Source of the DNA: Candidatus Giovannonibacteria bacterium RIFCSPHIGHO2_02_FULL_44_11 | Lineage (GTDB): Bacteria; Patescibacteriota; Minisyncoccia; UBA11713; 2-01-FULL-45-33 | Assembly: GCA_001778595.1 (NCBI GenBank) | Contig: MFHL01000004.1 | Location: 9,235-48,598 of the forward strand | DNA length: 39,364 nucleotides | Direction: 5' to 3' | Part shown: piece after piece, positions 34,984 through 39,364 of the stretch | How positions within the stretch are numbered: position 1 is the stretch's first letter | Layout of the letters: each line of letters begins with the position of its first letter | The notes under the pieces: generated by a model | The model's database searches: none | What the model saw: the letters and a program-made list of their open reading frames with translations, nothing else | Told to the model about the DNA's origin: nothing | Translations under genes and position numbers: made by a program

Positions 34984-37271
34984 GTTTTTTTGAATAAATC
35001 TATAAATTCTTTAACGCCCTTTGCAACATCAAAGTTTTGGGCGTAATCAACGCAATCTCTCTCCGCTTTCTCATATAACGCTTTATCGGACAAAAGTATA
35101 TTTATTTTATCCCGGAAGCATTTAACATCTTCCGGTTTGCATAAAAATTGAACAAGGCTTTCGGGAATCAATTCCCTGATGCCGCCGATGTCGGAAGCGA
35201 CAAACGGCGTCCCCGAAGCCATTGCTTCCAATATAACACGCGGAGAGCCCTCTTCGCGCGAAGGCATGAAAAATATATCCGCGGCATGAAAAAATTTAGG
35301 GATTTCGCTATTCGACACTTTGCCAAGAACTTTAATATTAGGAACTCCGCATTTTTCCAGATTTTCTTTTTCAGGTCCGTCGCCCACAACCAAAAACAAA
35401 ACGTCATCACCGAATCCTTTCGCGATTTCAGGAATTAAATCCGCGCCTTTGCGTTTGGAAAGATGATGGACGAAAAGCGCAATGTGTTTGCCTGAATTTG
35501 GCGAAGGAGGAAGTTTTGCAAGACCTTGCGCAGCACGACGGTGCGAGCAGAGCAATTCGCCAACAGGCGAATATGCGTGTCCTTGCAAAACTTCGCTCCG
35601 AGACAAATTCGCTACTGGCGCGAATCTTTTCACATCCACCCAATTTGATACAACGCGGTATTCTTTTACGCCGTAACGCTCCGTATATTCTTTCGCCAAA
35701 GACTCCGGCCCCGTTACTAAAATAGTGTGCCGTAATACAAACCTAAGCAGTTTCTCTTCAAACCAACTCCTTTTGAACAGCCACGGCATTCCGCGGTTCC
35801 AATAAAAAACTTTTCCTCCCTGCCTCGCCGGCAGGCAGGCCACAAGCCAAGCGGAGAGCGCTCCATAATAAGAATAATGCACGTAGAAATTTTTATAGCC
35901 TGAAAGGCGGAGCCTTAAACAGATAAACAGCATTTCCAAAAATCTTAACGGCGGAAATTTAAATTTTTGGACATAAGCTGATGCCCCCAAATGTCGAACA
36001 TTCGATGTTCGACATTTCTCGACTATAACAAACAAATCCAACTCATTCCCTGCCGCCAATCTTTTAATCATCAGATAATTATAAAAAAAGTGGGTATCCG
36101 TACCCTCTTCATAAAGAGGCAAAACATAGCAAACTTTTGATTTGGTGAGATTTTTTAGAAGCCCGGCATAAAGTTCCAAATATTTTTCTTTTGACATGGG
36201 GCTTGGAAAAGAATTTTCCGCGCTTTTTTTAAATTTTGCCAATTGTTCCGGATTTGCAATAAATTGCGATATCCGCAGTGCCAAAGCGCGGCTATCCCCG
36301 ACAGGTACAATTGCCGCGTTAACGCCGTCTTTTATGATTTCGTGCCCGCGCACAACATCAGTCACAATAACCGGAAGACCGGACGCAAGAGCTTCAATGG
36401 GTGCGAGTGGCCAACCTTCATAAAACGAGGTCAAAAGAAACAGGTCGGCAGTTTTATAATACGAAATCAGAGTTTCAAAATCTACCGCAGACTCAAAAAT
36501 AACTGATTCTTTCAATCCAAGGCTGTCCGCCAAAATCCGCAAGCGCTCTTTTTCCGGCCCGTCACCGACGATTAAAAGCATTGGTCTCGCTGTACCGTCA
36601 AATTTTTCAAGGACACGCATATCCCGCTGCTGCGGGATTGCTCTGCTCGCGCCGTCGCGCTGCGCAAGGTCTTGAAAAACTTGAGCTACAGCTCCGACCG
36701 CCATATCAATATTTTTTTCTTTCGTAATACGCGAGGCCATTAAAATAATAAATTTACCGGGATATTTTTTGTGTAAATCAATTTTTACGGCGGTTTTTCT
36801 GATCTTTTCAATATCAACAAATACCGGAAGAACCGCAACGCGGCCGGCGAGCGATTTATCATAATCCGCTATGGATTCTTTGATTTTCTCCGAAACCACG
36901 CGGATGCCATCCGCGCGCGGAAGCAAAAACTTAATCAGAAAAACGCGAATCTTGTTCAACACCGAGTGTTTGATAAAATGCGGGCTGAAAATATCGGTAT
37001 GAATCTGCATTTGCCACGGGACGCCGTATATTTTAGAAAATACCCATGCGAGCGCGGCGTGCTCCGGGCTTTGGGCCGTAATTACATCGGGTTTTTTCCG
37101 CCGCATGATTTTCAGCCCGCGGAAAAATCCGTAAATATAATTAAAAATATTTCCCCGGCAAATCAAAATATCCAGCCCGCCGAAAGCCCGGCGGTACTCT
37201 TCCATTCTTTTAGCAACCGCGGACTCCGGGTCCAAAACTCCCGGATCCCCGCTTATCATCAGAACCATCAT
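34980..37271 (-). CDS. Tandem GT4-GT4 glycosyltransferase fusion carrying four palindromic inserts
   Basis: Two EX7E motifs (YEGWPLAPIEALASG; EEGSPRVILEAMASG) and two IVGDG/VVGDG motifs. Confidence 0.9.
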   Translation of the reverse strand: MMVLMISGDPGVLDPESAVAKRMEEYRRAFGGLDILICRGNIFNYIYGFFRGLKIMRRKKPDVITAQSPEHAALAWVFSKIYGVPWQMQIHTDIFSPHFIKHSVLNKIRVFLIKFLLPRADGIRVVSEKIKESIADYDKSLAGRVAVLPVFVDIEKIRKTAVKIDLHKKYPGKFIILMASRITKEKNIDMAVGAVAQVFQDLAQRDGASRAIPQQRDMRVLEKFDGTARPMLLIVGDGPEKERLRILADSLGLKESVIFESAVDFETLISYYKTADLFLLTSFYEGWPLAPIEALASGLPVIVTDVVRGHEIIKDGVNAAIVPVGDSRALALRISQFIANPEQLAKFKKSAENSFPSPMSKEKYLELYAGLLKNLTKSKVCYVLPLYEEGTDTHFFYNYLMIKRLAAGNELDLFVIVEKCRTSNVRHLGASAYVQKFKFPPLRFLEMLFICLRLRLSGYKNFYVHYSYYGALSAWLVACLPARQGGKVFYWNRGMPWLFKRSWFEEKLLRFVLRHTILVTGPESLAKEYTERYGVKEYRVVSNWVDVKRFAPVANLSRSEVLQGHAYSPVGELLCSHRRAAQGLAKLPPSPNSGKHIALFVHHLSKRKGADLIPEIAKGFGDDVLFLVVGDGPEKENLEKCGVPNIKVLGKVSNSEIPKFFHAADIFFMPSREEGSPRVILEAMASGTPFVASDIGGIRELIPESLVQFLCKPEDVKCFRDKINILLSDKALYEKAERDCVDYAQNFDVAKGVKEFIDLFKKT
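35494..35610 (+). mobile_element. 117-bp structured miniature element, copy A (in frame)
   Basis: Imperfect terminal inverted repeats GAATTTG..GAAGTTTTGCAAG / CTTGCAAAACTTC..CAAATTC with two internal hairpins; core matches the reverse complement of 36600-36682. Confidence 0.75.
35819..35839. repeat. CCTGCC...GGCAGG palindromic element, in coding sequence
   Basis: CCTGCCTCGCCGGCAGGCAGG (21 bp), read as ACLPARQG. Confidence 0.9.
35989..36017. repeat. REP-like perfect hairpin in coding sequence
   Basis: AAATGTCGAACAT-TCG-ATGTTCGACATTT, 13-bp arms, read as KCRTSNVRHL. Confidence 0.85.
36598..36684 (-). mobile_element. Structured miniature element, copy B (in frame, inverted relative to copy A)
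   Basis: 71/83 identical to the copy A core by hand alignment; read as QVFQDLAQRDGASRAIPQQRDMRVLEKF. Imperfect pairing may extend to 36583-36699. Confidence 0.75.
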
Positions 37272-38419
37272 TGTTTTAAAATTTTTATAGTCTCATTTAT
37301 CATTCTCTCTTTTGAAAATTCTTCCGCTTTTTTCTTGGCATTTTCGGACATTGCAGTGGCAAAACTTTTATCCGACAAAATCTTGTCTATTTTTTCCGCA
37401 AAAGCAAACTTATCGTTAAACTCAACTAAAAATCCTGTTATTCCGTCTATTACAAGCTCCGGGTTCCCTCCCACATCTGTCGTGACGACCGGTACGCCCA
37501 AAGCCATTGCTTCCAATATCTGATGCGACAAACCCTCGTATGACGTATTAAGTGCGAATACATCAGCCGCCCTTAAGTAGTCCAGCACCGCATCGCGCGA
37601 AAGCGCTCCCGTAAATATAACTTTTTCAACAAGCCATGCCCTGTTCCGTACTGATTCCAGGCGGTTTCTTTCCGGTCCTTCGCCGATAATAATAAGTTTT
37701 AAACCCGCACGCTCGTCCAGCGCGTCGCCGAATTTTTTTGAAAGCTCCGGCATTATTTCAATAAGCGCGTCAAATCCTTTCCACGGCACCAACCGCCCGG
37801 CCGATACAATTATTTTTCCTTCCAACCCAATCTGTTTCTTTGCGTCTTCTTTGGAAATTGAGGCTGATGTTCCCTGCGGTGCGTCGAATGCGTTGTAAAT
37901 AACAATGATTTTTTGAGGGTCCACTCCCCATTTTAAAACAACCTTCTTCAGATAATTGCTCGGCACTATGACTTTTTCGGCATTGTTCGCGACCCGGCGC
38001 TCCAATTTTCTGAAAAGCTCAACTTTAAAACCGTATTTTCCTGCCTGCGCAGGCAGGTTTTCTAAAAAATCATCCAAAATTTCTTTGACCCCGAAGCGCC
38101 CGACTCCCTGTTCCCACGCGTAATCCCCGACAATCTTCAGCAAAAACTTTTTTTTCCACAATTTCCCCGCAATCAATGCCGAAATGCCGGAATTTAAAAC
38201 ATCCTGCGCATATATAATATCCGCATTCCGCGCCGCCAAAAGAACTTTAATAAAATAAACCGGCTGGCGCAGAACCCAGGGGTATTTTTTTAATTTTCCG
38301 AACGTAACAACCGTAACCTCTATCCCCTGCCCGGGCAGTTCTTCTTTGAGTAATTTGCTGTATGTCGCGGGCCCGCCGATATCGGGCGGGTAAATGCCCG
38401 TGGCTATTAATATTTTCAT
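37268..38419 (-). CDS. GT4 glycosyltransferase
   Basis: TGIYPPDIGGPATY, GRLVPWKG, YEGLSHQILEAMALG, DVGGNPE. Confidence 0.93.
   Translation of the reverse strand: MKILIATGIYPPDIGGPATYSKLLKEELPGQGIEVTVVTFGKLKKYPWVLRQPVYFIKVLLAARNADIIYAQDVLNSGISALIAGKLWKKKFLLKIVGDYAWEQGVGRFGVKEILDDFLENLPAQAGKYGFKVELFRKLERRVANNAEKVIVPSNYLKKVVLKWGVDPQKIIVIYNAFDAPQGTSASISKEDAKKQIGLEGKIIVSAGRLVPWKGFDALIEIMPELSKKFGDALDERAGLKLIIIGEGPERNRLESVRNRAWLVEKVIFTGALSRDAVLDYLRAADVFALNTSYEGLSHQILEAMALGVPVVTTDVGGNPELVIDGITGFLVEFNDKFAFAEKIDKILSDKSFATAMSENAKKKAEEFSKERMINETIKILKQ
38040..38057. repeat. CCTGCC...GGCAGG palindromic element, in coding sequence
   Basis: Perfect 18-bp palindrome CCTGCCTGCGCAGGCAGG, read as NLPAQAG. Confidence 0.9.
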
Positions 38420-39364
38420 AAAAGTTTAATAAAAACGTTTTTTGTCTTTGACGCTACATCGCTCCATAAATATTTTGTGCGGATGAGCGCGCGGGCATTG
38501 CCTATTATCTGCGCTTTTCTTGAGGGAGCCAGAACAAGCGCGGTTCTTATCGCCTCAACAAGGCTGTCAACATTGTCGGGTATGGCCAAAAAACCCGTTC
38601 TACCTTCCCATAAATAATCCGTTATCCCGCCGACCGGCGTGCCGATAGTAATAAGCCCCGCCGCCATTGCTTCCAGAAACGCGCTTCCCAAGCCTTCAGA
38701 ACGCGAGGGACGCACAAAAATATCCGCGCCTGAATAAAGTTTTATCAGATTTTCGTAAGGCACATGGCCCAAAAATTCCACCCTGTCTTTAAGGCCCAGC
38801 GCTTCGCTGAATTCCGCCAAGCTTTTCTTTTCCGGCCCGTCTCCGGCAATAATAACTTTCCAGCCCGAGGCTGGTCCGCCTTGGGCGGAAAAATCACTCT
38901 TCAACCGTGCCGCCGCTTTTAAGAGCACTTCCAGCGCGTTCTTTTTGACGAGCCTTGAAGAAGAAAAAATCACTTTTTCTCCCGGAAATTCCGGACGCGG
39001 AATCAAAAGAAGCCTTTCATCTACTCCGTTGGGTATTATCTCAACTGTTCCGCGGTAACCTTTTTCTTTTACGATTTGCTCGAGATAATTGCTTATCGCA
39101 GTCACATGATTTGCTTTTTTAAGCAGCAGTTTCCACCACAAGGCCGAGAGGCCGAAATTTTTTGCTTTTACATTCCATTCCCCGTCGCCCTCCTGAATAG
39201 TTAGCAGAAATGGAATATTTTTTTTGAATATTTTAACAAAAAACGCGCCCACCGATGCGTACGAAACCATCACACCCCATAAAAGTTTTTTTCTGTCCTT
39301 AAATTCTTTTGTCAGAGCAAAGCCTTTCCGCGCCGCCAAAAAAGGGAACAAAAACATCCGGTCA
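38416..39364 (-). CDS. GT4 glycosyltransferase (5'-partial)
   Basis: IPNGVD, SRLVKKN, SEGLGSAFLEAMAAG. The frame stays open to the window edge. Confidence 0.9.
   Translation of the reverse strand, partial: DRMFLFPFLAARKGFALTKEFKDRKKLLWGVMVSYASVGAFFVKIFKKNIPFLLTIQEGDGEWNVKAKNFGLSALWWKLLLKKANHVTAISNYLEQIVKEKGYRGTVEIIPNGVDERLLLIPRPEFPGEKVIFSSSRLVKKNALEVLLKAAARLKSDFSAQGGPASGWKVIIAGDGPEKKSLAEFSEALGLKDRVEFLGHVPYENLIKLYSGADIFVRPSRSEGLGSAFLEAMAAGLITIGTPVGGITDYLWEGRTGFLAIPDNVDSLVEAIRTALVLAPSRKAQIIGNARALIRTKYLWSDVASKTKNVFIKLL
38860..38889. repeat. 30-bp double-hairpin element in coding sequence
   Basis: CCAGCC-CGA-GGCTGG + TCCGCC-TTG-GGCGGA, read as SAQGGPASGW. Confidence 0.85.

Noticed and set aside
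35498..35725. 75-aa plus-strand ORF resembling part of the GT protein (EVLQDLAQHDGASRAIRQQANMRVL)
   Set aside because: Explained by the inverted copy of the structured element; no evidence it is an expressed gene.
37177..37194. CCGCCG-N6-CGGCGG hairpin at the GT fusion N-terminus
   Set aside because: 6-bp stem in GC-rich codons and no apparent extra residues.

Overview
A bacterial surface-glycan biosynthesis locus, almost entirely on the minus strand. Short leaders, scarce Shine-Dalgarno sites and the repeat style suggest a Patescibacteria/Parcubacteria-like genome (inference). It encodes a run of GT4 glycosyltransferases, an ABC exporter/flippase, two KpsS-like capsule proteins, a pseudaminic-acid-type pathway (pseB, pseC, PseH-like GNAT, pseI), a second NeuB-type synthase with an SpsF-type cytidylyltransferase, many tailoring enzymes (methyltransferases, oxidoreductases, class III aminotransferase, ATP-grasp, GH57-like, FemAB-like), a TagD/TagF-like module and wecB. 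The cluster is interrupted by a RelE-type toxin-antitoxin pair and two counter-oriented islets with their own promoters and terminators. At the left end a REP-associated tyrosine transposase (RAYT) is flanked by two palindromes and by a duplicated 3' end of a sugar-transferase gene. The most striking feature is at least six families of palindromic, structured or short-repeat elements sitting inside open reading frames without breaking them. One is an 83-117 bp element present twice, in opposite orientations, in one gene, and the two copies differ mainly by compensatory base-pair changes.
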